A stretch of DNA of 64,000 nt, taken from the NCBI GenBank assembly GCA_951406725.2, contig OX597815.1, positions 88,660,001 through 88,724,000 on the forward strand. The letters are read 5' to 3'. This DNA is from Octopus vulgaris. Its lineage: Eukaryota. The translations under genes were made by a program, and so were the position numbers. The notes under the pieces are model-generated. The model did no database searches and was not told the DNA's origin. It saw only the letters and a list, made by a program, of their open reading frames with translations. Positions 12,686 to 26,889 of the stretch are shown here, in pieces. Position 1 is the first letter of the stretch, and each line of letters opens with the position of its first letter.

Positions 12686-14761
12686 ATTTTCTGTTTTATT
12701 GCTGTTGGAGTACGGGCTGCAATAAATATCTTTATATCTATTTACAATAACAATATATTGAGTGAATAAGTAATGAACATGACAAGGATTAAGATTATAT
12801 ATGTATTAATCCATCAGAAAACAGTAATGTTTCATAAACAATGTTCAATCTATAGTTGAACATTTATTCCTTGTGACCCGAGTCAGCGTTCATGTTTTCA
12901 TTTTCAGTTATGTAATGCTTAACTATTACATACTACTTTTATTCCCAGTTTTCAGTTACATTTTTACTTGAAGAAAGCAATGGAAAACTAATTAATTGTA
13001 AAACAAATTGTTCAAACAGGGGAAAGAATTTTAAGCTGTGAAGGAGAAGAGAAATCCATAGTTTCAATCAAAACTTTCAGTCGATACAGGATATTGTTAA
13101 TTTCTGCTGCTTTTTTTTTTTATTGTTCTACATAATTCTGTGCAGTTTTGCTGGGACACTGCTAGAAACTTGTAAAAAGTTGTTAATAAAGTACAAATTA
13201 TCTGACATAATAGGAAATTTTAATCTGAGGCTAAAATTTTGCTAAGATACATTTCATGATATATGAGTATTTTTCAGACATGCGCCTTGGAAAATTTTCC
13301 TGTATCATGACATAAAATTATATGCAAATTTTTGTAGAAAATTTTGTAATTTAACGAGAAAAAGAACGTTAAATACTCCCTCCAATGATCACAGGTACAA
13401 CGAACAAGATACAAAAGAATAAAGAGATGCTAAGCTAGAATTGTAACAGTAAAGAAGAAAATACCTTGAGTAAATAACATGAATAGTGAGCTACGAAATA
13501 TTTCTTCTAATGCTTGTGAAGTGTAATATTGAAAATCTTGTTATTTATACAAGAAGAAAAGTATTTTTCAAAAGCTACAAATAATGTCGTAAAGGTTTAG
13601 ACTTAGGGTTTAGATCAAAGTAATTGAAATAAGTTTTGATGTTATCACAATACAAAGAAAATTACTATTCATATAACAGAAATCAAAAGTGTGTTGATTC
13701 TAAGAAGTTTAATTTAGTTAAGCCATCTTTCTTTGGTTTGGAAAGTTTTATTCTTTTGAAGCAGAAAGTCTATAGTTATGGATTAGAGAGTAACAGTCAG
13801 TAGATATCAACAATACACACTACCGCAGCTGACAGTCTTTATCATATCGGAATTTCGTCCTACAATATGGCAGTTCATATCTCATGAATGTAATTCTAAT
13901 ACGTCACTGGAAAAAGTATTTAGCTATAAAGCAACTGAATGTACGTAATTATAAATACGAAGCGTCTGTCGATACAGAAACGCATTCTGTATGTAACTGG
14001 GGAGAATGTTGTAATTGAAGCTGCTAATATTAAATTCAAAATATTCTTGTGAGAAAAATCTACGATAGTCTGGTCTGTCTTAACAAGAGTATAATATATC
14101 ACTCAGTCGCTCAGTCTTCGGTGGGATAAACCCCTGTGCATCACATCGACTACGAAACAAATTTTTATGAAACAGTTGATATCTTTACAGAATATGTAAT
14201 GAATAATTTTCTTAGAATCAAGGTCAGTCATCATAGTAGTCAAAATCTATTCACGTTCCAGGACTTATTCACCCTTTTTTTATAATCACAGTATATGAAT
14301 GAATATCCGGGATATGGAAATTATAGCTGCAGGAGATATGATATTTAACATCTTGTGTCATTAGTACGTAAAGGTGAGTGCCATGGCTAACAGGATCGTT
14401 AAGCAGAAGCACTCTTTATAATATTGATTTAAGGGAAAGTCAGCTTGATTAAAACTCATTCCATTTCAAATTTTACACAAGAGAAGAATTGAACATCGGG
14501 ATCCCGCGAGGTTTCTTGTCTGTGGATGGTAACCTAACTCCCTAACGACTAAGTACACATATAAATATATGTACACTTACAAAGAATGTCTTACAATGAA
14601 ATACATTGATAAATAAGAATAAAGTGATTCATTATTTACGCGTTCATTCTAGTATGACAGAAAACGACATGGCAACAAGTCTTTTCACCAAGTTGTTTGC
14701 TTTATTAGTTCTAGTTTACTTTTCTTCCAAGTCAAATTGAAACGGTAAAAGTAAAGGTAAA

Positions 14762-15010
14762 GTTTCTTTCTCGAATCATGCCGATTCATAAGGGCCGGTT
14801 TCCCGGTTTCCATGGTGTTTGTATTGCCCACCTGCGCGGGACGCCGGTCCGTCGCAGGATTACTCATTTTAGCCAGCTGAGTTGACTGCAGCAATGTGAA
14901 GTGAAGTGTTTTGCTCGAGAACACAACGCGTCGCCCGGTCCAAGAATAGAAACCACAATCTTACGATCATGAGTCTAACTCCTTAACCACTAAGCTACGC
15001 ATCTCCACAA
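14762..15010 (-). mobile_element. SINE family C (tRNA-like head; CCTGCGACGGACCGGCGTCCCG and GGAAACCGGGAAACCGGCCC tail)
   Basis: Shares head and tail with 44690-44990, and shares its middle with 19670-19900. Confidence 0.8.
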
Positions 15011-16803
15011 CTGAAGCGGTAGGGTCAATACATTGCCTAATCAACAGTATTAACGATGGGATAAAAACTAACTATAATATCCAAACATTAGGCTTTGGTT
15101 AAACAGATATGGCGACTCACAGCCGTTAAATTGAAATAACTGCAAGTGCATTCGTGTGTGTGCCTATAGGCTGGACCAAGACTTCAGTATTGCTTCACTT
15201 CATATACAGTCTTCCTTGAATGTTACTTATTATAAAAAGATATATTTTTTCCAAAGAATATTTATTTGCAATATACTTAATACAACTATCCTCACGATAC
15301 CCATTTACAGCTTGGTTGACAAAAGCTTTTGAAGGCAAAAGAAATGGTACTGAGAACGCCATACGAACTGTCTGGCATCAGATACATAGTTAGTTTTCCT
15401 TTTTTAAAAGTAAATATTTGATGATAAAAGAAGAGCTCTATCTTTAAAATGTTATTTTATAACAAATCCAGCGCCATTTTTCTGGCAGAACAGGAAATTT
15501 AATCCGTCCTCATACTGGATCTTTAAACCGAGTTTCTTTATTTATGCGTTTTCTCCGTTCAAAGAAGATCAGTTGGATATATTATCTTTATAGATAAAGT
15601 TGGATTCGTTGTCCAAATGTCATCAATTATCATTGAGCTTTTGTAAAGAGGAGAAAAAAAGCGAATTCTTAGCACCAACAAGAATATGTTTCTCATTCCG
15701 TTTCTAACTATTTCCTCAACTATGTGCTGTTCTTTAATAGAATTTCTTATATCACTCATTATAAACAGCCTCATATCTTTCGTAACTGCCATTAAACATG
15801 CACACACAATTACGTCCACTTACTCCAAATCATACATATATTTGCAACACCATGCAAGCACATATACACGCATACACCATACATATACACACCTAAGCAC
15901 AAGCATACACACACATATGCACACAGCTAAACAGATCACAAAGTAAAACTCCATAAAGATGCCTACACGCACGAATACATGGAAATATATGTAGCATTAC
16001 ATGCACGCACGCATATGTACACAAAGGCTGGTGCGCACACAAACACACACACAACATACACACACACACACACACGCACACACACACACACAGACACAGG
16101 CACACAGACAGACACACACACACATTTATGTGTCTGTGTGAGTGTTTGTGTATACACACACTTTCATACATATATGTAAGATCTACTTTCTATGCTGGAG
16201 AAGAGATGAAATGATGTCCTGGTGAGCAGAAGGCAGTTTCCTGAGATAAACCAGTACACATGATTTATTTTCCATAATCTTCAGCCACTTTTATATGCTT
16301 CGAGAATCATAGGCTCGAAGAGACGCTACAAATTTTCTCTATGCACAACAACAACAACAATGATTATAATAATAACAACGAAGCATTGACGCAAAGCAGT
16401 GTGTAGGTATGAGCACAATTTAGTTGAAATATGTTTGTCACATATTTCAACTGCTAAAGGCAAATACATTGTAGTTACTGCTGAGAAAAATCTCTTTTGC
16501 TAAAACGGTGTGAAAACACCTAGTTCGTTCAGTGTCGCCATCTGTTAGAAATCTCAGACATCTATGTTTCGAGTTTTTTTACTCTTGTCTAAGAGAGGCA
16601 ACTATGAACGAACTAAATAAAGCTTGTACTTTATATATAATTCAGTCAACACGCTGACTGATTTGCGCTAGTAGATCGCCCGATCGAGATAAATAATGAA
16701 CCTCAATAACGAACCAAATTCAATTAACCTAAATTGTACTCATACCTAAGCATTACTTTGCTCCAATGCTTCGTTATTTATGAGTTATTTTATTGGCTAC
16801 AAT

Positions 16804-16977
16804 ATATGGAGGACAATATCGAACATGGAGGACACTATCGAACATGGAGGACAATATCGAGACATGGAGGACAATATTGAGACATGGAGGACAATATCGA
16901 ACATGGAGGACAATATCGAACACGGAGGACAATATTGAACATGGAGGACAATATCGAGACATGGCGGACAATATCGA
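16804..16977. repeat. Minisatellite, 9 copies of a 19-20 bp unit ACATGGAGGACAATATCGA(G)
   Basis: Contiguous units with no spacers, counted by eye. Confidence 0.95.
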
Positions 16978-17184
16978 AGGACGAGATACAGCATATAAAA
17001 ACAAAACAAAAACAAAGAAATACGAAAGCAGGTGGTGGTGGGGGTGTTACGTCGATCAAAGGCAGATACTGCCACATTAAAGGATATAAAGAGGATATAT
17101 TATAGAAAGTAGAGAAACAAATAATAAATAAATAAAATCCTCAATAGCGGGGCAATCCATTTTGGGTAATTCGAAGTAAACCCC

Positions 17185-17480
17185 TCACAAAAATCCCGGG
17201 CACAAGGCCAGTGATTTTGCGGGGAGGAGGAAGTCGATTACATCGACTCCAGTGTTTCTCTGGTATTAGGTGGTATTGGATCTCAGAACGTAAAGAATCG
17301 GTAGAAATGCCGTTAAACATTTTGTCGATTGCGTTTAAGGTTTAGCCGGGTGGCCACCCCAATAAAGATCCTATTTACTATATGTAGTATGTCCGAAATT
17401 TTTTTCGGGGGCGGAGATTAGTCGATTATGTTCACTCCAGTTCTCAAATAGTATTAATTTTATGAACCCCGAAAAGCTGA
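17185..17480 (-). mobile_element. Two partial SINE family A copies
   Basis: GTCGATTACATCGACTCCAGTG and CTCAGAACGTAAAG motifs. Confidence 0.7.
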
Positions 17481-17559
17481 CTATTCCTTCTCAGTTATTA
17501 CCCTTACTCAGCTTTGTTTAGTTTTATCGACAAAGGCGACTGATTGTAAACAAGATAGG

Positions 17560-18460
17560 AGGTTGGCCTCCTGCTCATATTCACACCACTTTTCTCTCCT
17601 ACGCTCTGTTAATATCCTGATGCGCTCTTTTACTGATACAATCATTTCTGTGCGTATGGTGTTTTTGAGCTAGTTTACTGCATTTACGTATGTGATGGTT
17701 AATACTGTGTTGCCTTTTCCGCAGATTCTGTTTTTTTATATCTGAGTTTGATCAAATTTGCTTTAACGGCTTGTTTCTGAGGTGGGCTATAATTAGCGAT
17801 TCAATTTCTTGTTTCACATTTCCACCTGTTATCTACAACCAGCATTCTTTTCTTCCAGCAAACTCGATTTGTTTCATGAATTCACCATGTAATTCCATCT
17901 CTTGGTCGTGCCGCTTTTTCTTCTGTCTTAAATTTTCCAACTATTTTAGTAAATTTTGGATATTTCTAGCCGGATATAGCACATTCTTTCTTCACTACGT
18001 ACAACATAGTTTTTCAAACCCAATAGCGCAGTACTAATGTGCCTTCTTCTTTCCTTGGTAGGTTAACCCTGTCGATATTACTTTTAGAGTGGCAAACGAT
18101 GTACATTTTGAGCAGTTTCCTAGTTCAAGCTAATTACCGTAGGTCTGCCTTTGTACACTTTAGAAAAAAGGGCAGACTATCTTTAGACTAGAGTGTCCTA
18201 TAAATTCATTGCTTTCGTAATATTCACCCCATTTAGATTTGTTTCGAACATCTTAAACTTTTTCTTATACTCTCTGGCGATTTTCTCTTGAATTCCTCTT
18301 TCCATCTCTTTATCGTTCTCCTGCTCCCCAAGCCTTAGGTACTTGTATCCTTCATTACTTCTCAGTGTTCTATTTATATCATCTTGTGGTAATTTCATAC
18401 CACCAGATTTAATGATTTGGTTTCTCTTCATAATTAGAACAGCACACATTTTTATCATTA
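17560..18460 (-). pseudogene. R4/Dong-like non-LTR retrotransposon remnant
   Basis: The ORF 18198-18692 contains CAVLIMKR...GMKLP...EGYKYL...EKIAREY...LNGVNITKAMN, which resembles the late RT/thumb region of R4-clade elements. The left boundary is approximate. Confidence 0.65.
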
Positions 18461-19669
18461 TCATTATCGTCGTTATTATTAATATTATTATTATTGTTAT
18501 TATTGTTGTTGTTGTTGTTGTTGTTGCTGTCGTTACTGTTATTGTTGTTGTTGTTAATGTTGTTATTGTTACGATAATGACTAAGAAGATGAAGTAAATT
18601 TTCTTAATGTCAAAGAAGAAATAATTCTTTTGATTGCGAACTGATAAAACGAAAGATAAATCATGGTGCCACATTTCAAGAATTAGTTCCAATATTGTTC
18701 ATGGATTCTCTCCAAATATCACAGAGTTGGTAATTCTATAACGATTTTTAATAGAAATACTAATGCTATATATTAACTTGGTTAGTGAACCGCGACATCA
18801 CGCTAATAGAAAGCTAAGCATTTTCAACTTCACCACAGATGATGATGTTACAATCTTTACGAAAGTTAATAAATCAAAATATCAAATGAGCAATATTTCT
18901 ACTTAATTGGCGATAGTGGTGGTAGTGGGGGTTGTGACGTCAGATTTAATCTCGAGAGCGCAGATAGCCCAACTGATAGGGTGCCGGACATCAAGTAGCT
19001 GAGAGGTTGGTGTTACTTCCACGCATCGAAAGCTAAGACTCTTAACCGCAGAACGAATCACTGCTCGACGAAGGACATATACAACACTATAAACAATTGT
19101 TTGCTGTTATTGTTATTGTGTGGCAAAAGTTCAGTTCTCGTCGATCAGATAGTCAACCGGATGCATAAACGGAACCTGCAGATCTGTAGTTCTAGATAGA
19201 CGTAACATAGATTCACGGGTACTGAACTAACATTGTTCGACCAGCATTTAAGCCGAGTATTAGTTTGGGATTAGTTCATCTGCGTAATTCTACAGTTTTA
19301 ATACAATAGCGTAAAGTTTGAAGGAAATGTAGTCGTTAATGCTAGCAAGTCAAATGCAGACCCTTGTTAGTTGGTCTCGTATCCTTTCTTGGCTCCCCTT
19401 AGTTTACTGCACTGCGTTCAACTACACAGCTGGTTTAGACTAAGAGAGAAATAGGATTCGTGAAGCATGAGGACGAAGTCTTTTAAAGATACCCTAGTAA
19501 GCCATAAATATAGGGTCCATGAGGCTATGTTTCACGAAGTAAAATCTATTGATGAAGTTTCTTTGGTTTCTGACGTATACTACCTTGTACAAAAAATGTT
19601 AACAAAAAAAAAAAAAAGAAAAAATCACGGACTCATGAAAACCGGTTATTTTCCGAAAAGGACGAAAAG

Positions 19670-19900
19670 CACTTTCTGAGCCACAAGGCCTGTTTCCCGG
19701 GTTCTGTGGCATATATATTATCCCACTGTACAGAACGCCAATCCGTCGCAGGAGTACTTATTTTTACCAGTTGGGTGGATTGGAGCAAAGTGAAATTAGA
19801 TGTTTTGCTCAAGACCATAACGCATCGTCCGGTCCAGGAATCGAAAATTCAGTTTTACAATCTTAAATGCAATGCAATAACCACCAAGACGTGCATCTAC
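19670..19900 (-). mobile_element. SINE family C, diverged copy
   Basis: TTTCCCGGGTTCTGTGG, TCCGTCGCAGG and CGCATCGTCCGGTCCAGGAATCGAA motifs. Confidence 0.75.
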
Positions 19901-20394
19901 AATCGATTAATTACTTTAAGGTAATAACCTGCAGACTTAAGACGAGTATGGGAATTTCGCATATTGCCAGAAATAAATCCAAAATCTTAATACTTGATTT
20001 TGCGAGGACACGGCTGTAATGTACAGCATGATTAACGCACGTTTCTATGGCTGACAATAGTGAAGTTGATTATTCTCGAGTATAGAATTTGCGAGTTACA
20101 AAAGATAACTTAACAACAGATTTACTTAAACTACGCTCAATGCAAAGGACATATTCCATGATATCATTACAGCAGTATAGCACTTGGAAATATCGAGAAA
20201 ATTGTTTGCGTTCTTAACATTCCCTCCACCACAAAAAGAAAAAAAACTTCGTTCATTTTGCTGGTTAATGCTGAGCGCCACTCCGAGGTGAAACTACTCA
20301 GGAAGGTATTGACTTTGACAAACTATTAATTTTACAGATTTCATTGATTACAGTATACTTTTTTCAAACCAGTACTTCCAAATATAGACTGCAA

Positions 20395-20476
20395 CAGATA
20401 GATAGATACATACATACATTTATGTATGTATGTATGTATGTATGTATGTATGTATGTATGTATGTATGTATGTATG

Positions 20477-20510
<34 letters not shown>

Positions 20511-21135
20511 TATATAAATGTGCATATGTGATAGACACACGCATATATATATATATGTATGCGTGTGCATGGCACTGTACGTGTAAGTATGCATGTGTAC
20601 ATATATACATAATGCACACATATTACCAATATATATATATATACATATACATCCTTATATGCTTACACTTTAATAAAACGCACACGTACATATATGTCGG
20701 AAAGTATAGAATGACTAGGTGGCTGGAACGACTGAAAATGAATGCATACGATTTGTATACATACGCTTGTCTATAGCAAAGACCAGAATATTTGTGTAAA
20801 TATGTTAGTGTATTAGAGCGTATGTGTACGCATTGAAATATGTTTCTCTCTTGTTCTTTAAATCTTAAGTAAATGAATATTGAGGAATAAAAAACATATA
20901 TACACAAGCTATCGCTTCCTGTTTATCGACAGGCTCAAAGCTGTGTATAGTGTATAACTGCCAATAGAAAAAATCACGTCTCATTCACTGAGCAATCAAA
21001 ACGCCACGAATACATACTACGGTATCACACAAACGATTGAAAACTGGATAACATTTTTAGTGTTTTCTTCGTTTTGCTGATATTTATTAAAGTATATATG
21101 GACAAATGTTTTACCGTATGTGTGTTTGTGTCCAA

Positions 21136-21196
<61 letters not shown>

Positions 21197-21447
21197 CATA
21201 TATGTGTGTGTGTGTGTATGTACATATACGAATACACGTATGTATTTATCTGTAATATGTATGTGTGTGTGTATATTCACACACACACTCACACACAACC
21301 CGCATGCAAGTGAGGGTGCCTCTGTACAAATATCTATTTGTGTATTTATTTTAGATTCACTCCTTCAGTCTCAAATTCTATAGAATATACTTTTTAATGC
21401 AAAAATGTTAGGAACGTTAATCAGATTACTCACGCACTTATGCACAC

Positions 21448-21497
<50 letters not shown>

Positions 21498-21500
21498 GCA

Positions 21501-21579
<79 letters not shown>

Positions 21580-21616
21580 GCATATATGTATATATACATA
21601 TATACGCACACATAAT

Positions 21617-21647
<31 letters not shown>

Positions 21648-22323
21648 CAGATATGCATATATATATACATGTATACATATATATATATACATATATATAC
21701 ATATATATATGTATATATATGTATATATATGTATATATATATATGCATATATATGCATATATATGTATATTTATATGCATATATATATGTATATATATAT
21801 GCATATATATGTATATATATATATGCATATATATGTATGTATATATATGTATATATATGTATATATATGTATATATATATGTATATTTATATGCATATAT
21901 ATATGTATATATATGTATATATATATGTATATATATGTATATATATGTATATTTATATGCATATATATATGTATATTTATATGCATATATATGTATAAAT
22001 ATATGTATATATATGTATATATATTAGTTTGTGTGAGTGTATATTAAATATATATATGTATATGCATATATGTTTATATATATAAATCTCTGGAGAGATG
22101 AACATGTTTGCAAAGTATTTTAAAAATGGTTCTATATACATATGTAGATGTATATATATGTATATATATGTTCACACAATGCATGTGTATGTACATATAC
22201 ATATACATGTATTACATGTGTATATATATATGTATAAACAAACATAAATACACGTCTGCATACACATATAAATATATCTATGAGTGTATATGTGTCTATA
22301 AAAGGTTATATGTGTCTATAAAA

Positions 22324-22362
<39 letters not shown>

Positions 22363-22560
22363 TACGTATGTAATTATGATCATATGTTTGCAAACGCTTT
22401 ACGCGTCCATTCATATCTCTCTTTTCCTTTCTCTCGCTCTTCCCCATGTCTGTGTACGTATGCGCGTGTGTTGTGCGCGCATATACATAGCACATACATG
22501 CACATATACGTGTGTTATACATACTTACTTACATAATTACGTACATACATAGAAAAATAT
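20395..22560. repeat. Compound microsatellite field (TATG, TA, TATC, ATATATGT variants)
   Basis: Direct repeats. They explain the YI/MY ORFs in this interval. Confidence 0.9.
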
Positions 22561-23406
22561 GTGTGTACGTGTAAACGTTCATTTGCTTGCGTGTGTGTCC
22601 GTGTGTATATGTGAGAACCGTTTCGTAGACAAATACCACCCGACATGTGAATCTGTGCTAGTCTATTTAATGTATATAAGACAGAAACAGAAACACTAAG
22701 ACGGGCCAAAAATCAGATATTTGTGCCACAAAGAAATAAAAAAATAGTTATCCAAAGAAAGATAAACGAAGACAGCAAAGTAACGTTTGAAATAGCTGGC
22801 CAATTCTACCAGACACGCAACCAAGTGAGAAGAAGTGATTTCCTGGCCTATACTTAATTTTCAACGAGATATCTTCTTACGTGGTGGAGACTGTACGACG
22901 AATCACTGAATGATTTTCTGGTTAATCAATACTAAAATTTATAATAGTAATAATAATAATAGCAGTAGAAGTAATAATAGTAATGCACTACACATATAGA
23001 TTGATATATGTATGTATGTATGTATATATGTATGTATACATGTATGTATGTGTGCGTGTATGTATGTAAATACATAAACACAGGTACGGATATGGTGCAT
23101 GAAATGTATTCCCTTGCCATCTGAAGGTTATACTTCATTTATGTTTCTTACCATTGTCTAAAAATGGAAAGTGATAACTCCAATAACAATCTTTGACATA
23201 TTGATAATGAAAAGAATGCTCGAACCATCTGTACGCTGATATGGAGGGACACGCACGCGCGAGCACACGCACGCGCGAGCACACGCACGCTCGAACACTC
23301 ATACACACGCGCACGCACACACACACACACACAAGTACTGGTTGTGTAAGTGTGTATGAACATGTGTATGCTCGCGCACGCGCGTCTATGTGCGTGTGAG
23401 TATATA

Positions 23407-23462
<56 letters not shown>

Positions 23463-23659
23463 AAGATGAAAAGAGCAAGAGAATAGGAATGATTACAAAT
23501 GCCCATACACAGAGATGTATTACCTATATGTATGTATTGATATAGGCAAACAACCGGATAATGTATACTTAAATGAACATCAGATATACAGGCGTGCATA
23601 TATGCATATTTATGCATATATGCATATTTAGACATAAATAGATGCACACACATATATAT

Positions 23660-24060
23660 GCCAGGAGTGGCTTTGTGGTAAGTAGCTTGCTTACCAACCG
23701 CATGTTTCCGGATTCAGTCCCACTGCGTGGCACCTTGGGCAAGTGGCTTCTACTATAGCTTCGGGCCGACCAAAGCCATGTGAGTGGATTTGGTAGGCGG
23801 AAACTGTAGGAAGCCCGTCGTATATATGTATATTTATATGTGTGTGTGTTTGTGTGTATGTGTTTGTCTCCTCCCCCAATATCGTTTGACAACCGATGCT
23901 TGTGTATTTACGTCCCCGTAACTTAGCGGTTCGGCAAAAGAGTCCGCTAGAATAAGTAATAAGGCTTACAAAGAATAAGTCCTGGGGTCGATTTGCTCGA
24001 CTAAAGGCGGTGCTCCAGCATGGTCACAGTCAAATGACTGAAACAAATAAAAGAATAAAA
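23660..24060 (+). mobile_element. SINE family B, full length (resembles the octopus OK/OR tRNA-derived SINEs; exact family name not verified)
   Basis: A-box-like TGGCTTTGTGG, B-box-like GATTCAGTCCC, CORE-like CACCTTGGGCAAGT, internal (TA/TG)n, and tail GGTGCTCCAGCATGG...CAGTCAAATGACTGAAAC followed by (TAAAAGAA)n. Confidence 0.9.
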
Positions 24061-24537
24061 GCATATATATACACACATACACACAGACATATATATATAT
24101 GTTATTTATACACCTGTCTTCGCCTTTTGTTTTTCTGTAAATTTCAACTATATATATATAAATATGTATTTATATTTATATATATATCCATACTTACACT
24201 CGCACGCGCGCACACAGTTTTCGAGAAATGTTTTTACTGGAATGAATGGTTGTTGTTAACACATTCATAACAGCCTTTAAAGTATGGTCATGTTTCCAGT
24301 GGTGGTGGTCACTGGCTAAGGCCATGGGATGGATGCTAAGGTGATGTTGAAGGAATCCTCTTCCATTACACAAAAGTTAGAAGCTACATCAATTCTGAGA
24401 GTGGAATTTGGACTAATTCCTTTGTAATTTCAAAACCGAAATTATGTGTCCTTTGGAAAATCAGTATTTAAAGAAGAATATAGTATATTAACGACAGGTA
24501 ACTGCAGGGGGATGGTACATAGATTATTACATAGGTT

Positions 24538-24716
24538 ATGCTGGAGCACCGCCTTTAGTCGAGCAAATCAACCCCAGGATTTATTCTTTGTAAACCTAGT
24601 ACTTATTCTATCGGTCTCTTTTGCCGAATCGCTAAGTTTCGGGGACGTAAACACATCAGCATCGGTTGTCAAACGATGTTGGGGGTGGGGACAAATACAG
24701 ACACAGAAACATACAC

Positions 24717-24774
<58 letters not shown>

Positions 24775-24928
24775 GACCGGCTTCTTTCAGTTTCCGTCTA
24801 CCAAATCCACTCACAAGACTTTGGTCGGCCCGAGGCTATAGTAGAAGACACTTGCCCAAGGTGCCACGCAGTGGGACTGAACCCGGAACCATATGATTCG
24901 TAAGCAAGCTACTTACCACACAGCCATT
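24538..24928 (-). mobile_element. SINE family B
   Basis: Reverse complement closely matches 23660-24060. Confidence 0.9.
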
Positions 24929-26889
24929 TCTTCGTCTGTAAGCAATATATTTCTGCACTGGTAAAATCTCTATGCTAGATTTATTTTTTCAGATTTATTA
25001 TTAGGTGAGAAGTAAAGAGAAATGTCAAGAGTGATAAATATACCGAATTACTAAATACACTAACACATCACGCGGATTACTGTCAACCTAAAAAGACACA
25101 CACACACATGCACACGCTCTCATAGACACGTAGTAGTGATTACTTGGCTTGGAAACATTTCATAGCTTGTACGACAAATATAGACGACTAATTGATATAG
25201 AAAGATATATGGATATGGTAGTTAGAGTAAATTTGGGTCGCTCATAGGGATGGCAGGCAAATATAAAAAAAAACAACTTTACTTTTATAAAATACATTCT
25301 TTATATGAATATCTAAAACAGTATCATAGTTGATGTATCATATTTACAATAAGGTGAAAATGGAAGTAAGAAAGAGAGAATGAGAAAGAGAGGAGAGAAA
25401 GGGGGAGAGGTAGGAAGAAAAAGGAAAACAACTCTCTGAATTTCAATATCTTTTTCTGCTTCTTTCATCGTTTCTGTAAGTTAAAAAATGACGTACTAAA
25501 TAAATACGTAAAATATTCCCAGTTAATTGAAATTCTAGAGCTGGGCTCAATATTTCCTATGAAAAAGACTTATAAAATTATGAATAAACATACCAAAATC
25601 AAGTGACATTTTTATCAAAGGGGCGTTTGTATATCAATACTTTAACTCAGAACATGCTTGGGATAATCTCTGGGTAACATTAACGCGTGGCATAACTAGC
25701 TTTCAGTAATAGACTTCTTACTAAAAAAATTGTTTATGGTAAAATATTTCACAGATTAGCAGGAATCAACTATAAACTTTCCACTGAGCCGCAGCTTCAT
25801 TAACACTACAAACTCCTCTCCTCCCCACTTCGCATGTGTGTTGATAGATTCAAACACACTTGCACGATAAAGATATACGAAGGTAGCGTGCTGAATGGAA
25901 AGAGTCAAGAATTATAATACCGGTGAATAAGGGATAGATTTAACGCGATAAAGAAAATACAATTTATTTCCTTGTGATTTACATTAATGCTATTAAAAAT
26001 CCTTTGATAGTATAGAATATCTGAATATTGAAGTGACTGTTAATATATATGGGCTCAGAGGAACCAAAATTACAAAGAAATGAAACAAAGGTTCTAATTT
26101 TCATCGTTGATAGAAATAACAAGAACCGGATTAAAGAGGAAGCCATAGCATTACTGTGCTTGTTAGAAAAGACAATAGAACAAGTGTAGAAAAGGATCTA
26201 ACAGCTAGATCCAAGCGTCTAATCAGGAAATTTATCTTAGTGTATGGCATTGTACTGATACTTTATTTACATTTAAAATATATATTTAGAAGCATCGAGA
26301 AATACGTAAATAAGTAATTCAACGGTGTACCTTGATACGAATGCTGCTATAAGTAATAGCTTGTAATATATTGGCTTAGACCCCACTTTGATAGAAACAG
26401 AGCCGAAAATTTCATGCTGAGCATTACTGAAAGCTGTATTCGATTTGAGATAAACCATTTAATGATTTATTTCCTGATCTTTTTTTATTATTTTAGTGTT
26501 GAAAGGAAATGTTATTAGTGTAGATAACATGGTACCACATGGTAAATTATTATGATATCTGTAGGAACTAAAAATAGAAATAAACAGCATCACATACTGT
26601 ACATGATATTTAGAAAAAAGTAGCTTAATTTGGTTACATTTATTTGGAATATTGCAGTTTAGTTGGTATTTCAGAGATAGTTAAGATTAATTTGTTGTGA
26701 TTGGTATTGTTGATTCTGCTACGACTAGATTCTTGCGTTTAGTTTGGTGTTGCTGTGATATTATGATTGTTGAGTCTGGTAGTATGATAGGTAAAGCTTT
26801 CTATTGCATCTGTTTTATTGTAGAGAATAATATTAATATTATTATTAGGTCGTGATTCTTGTTACTGACGTTGTGTCTAATTTACCTTA

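Noticed and set aside
16804-16977. Regular repeat array considered as CRISPR
   Set aside because: There are no unique spacers or cas genes, and the context is eukaryotic.
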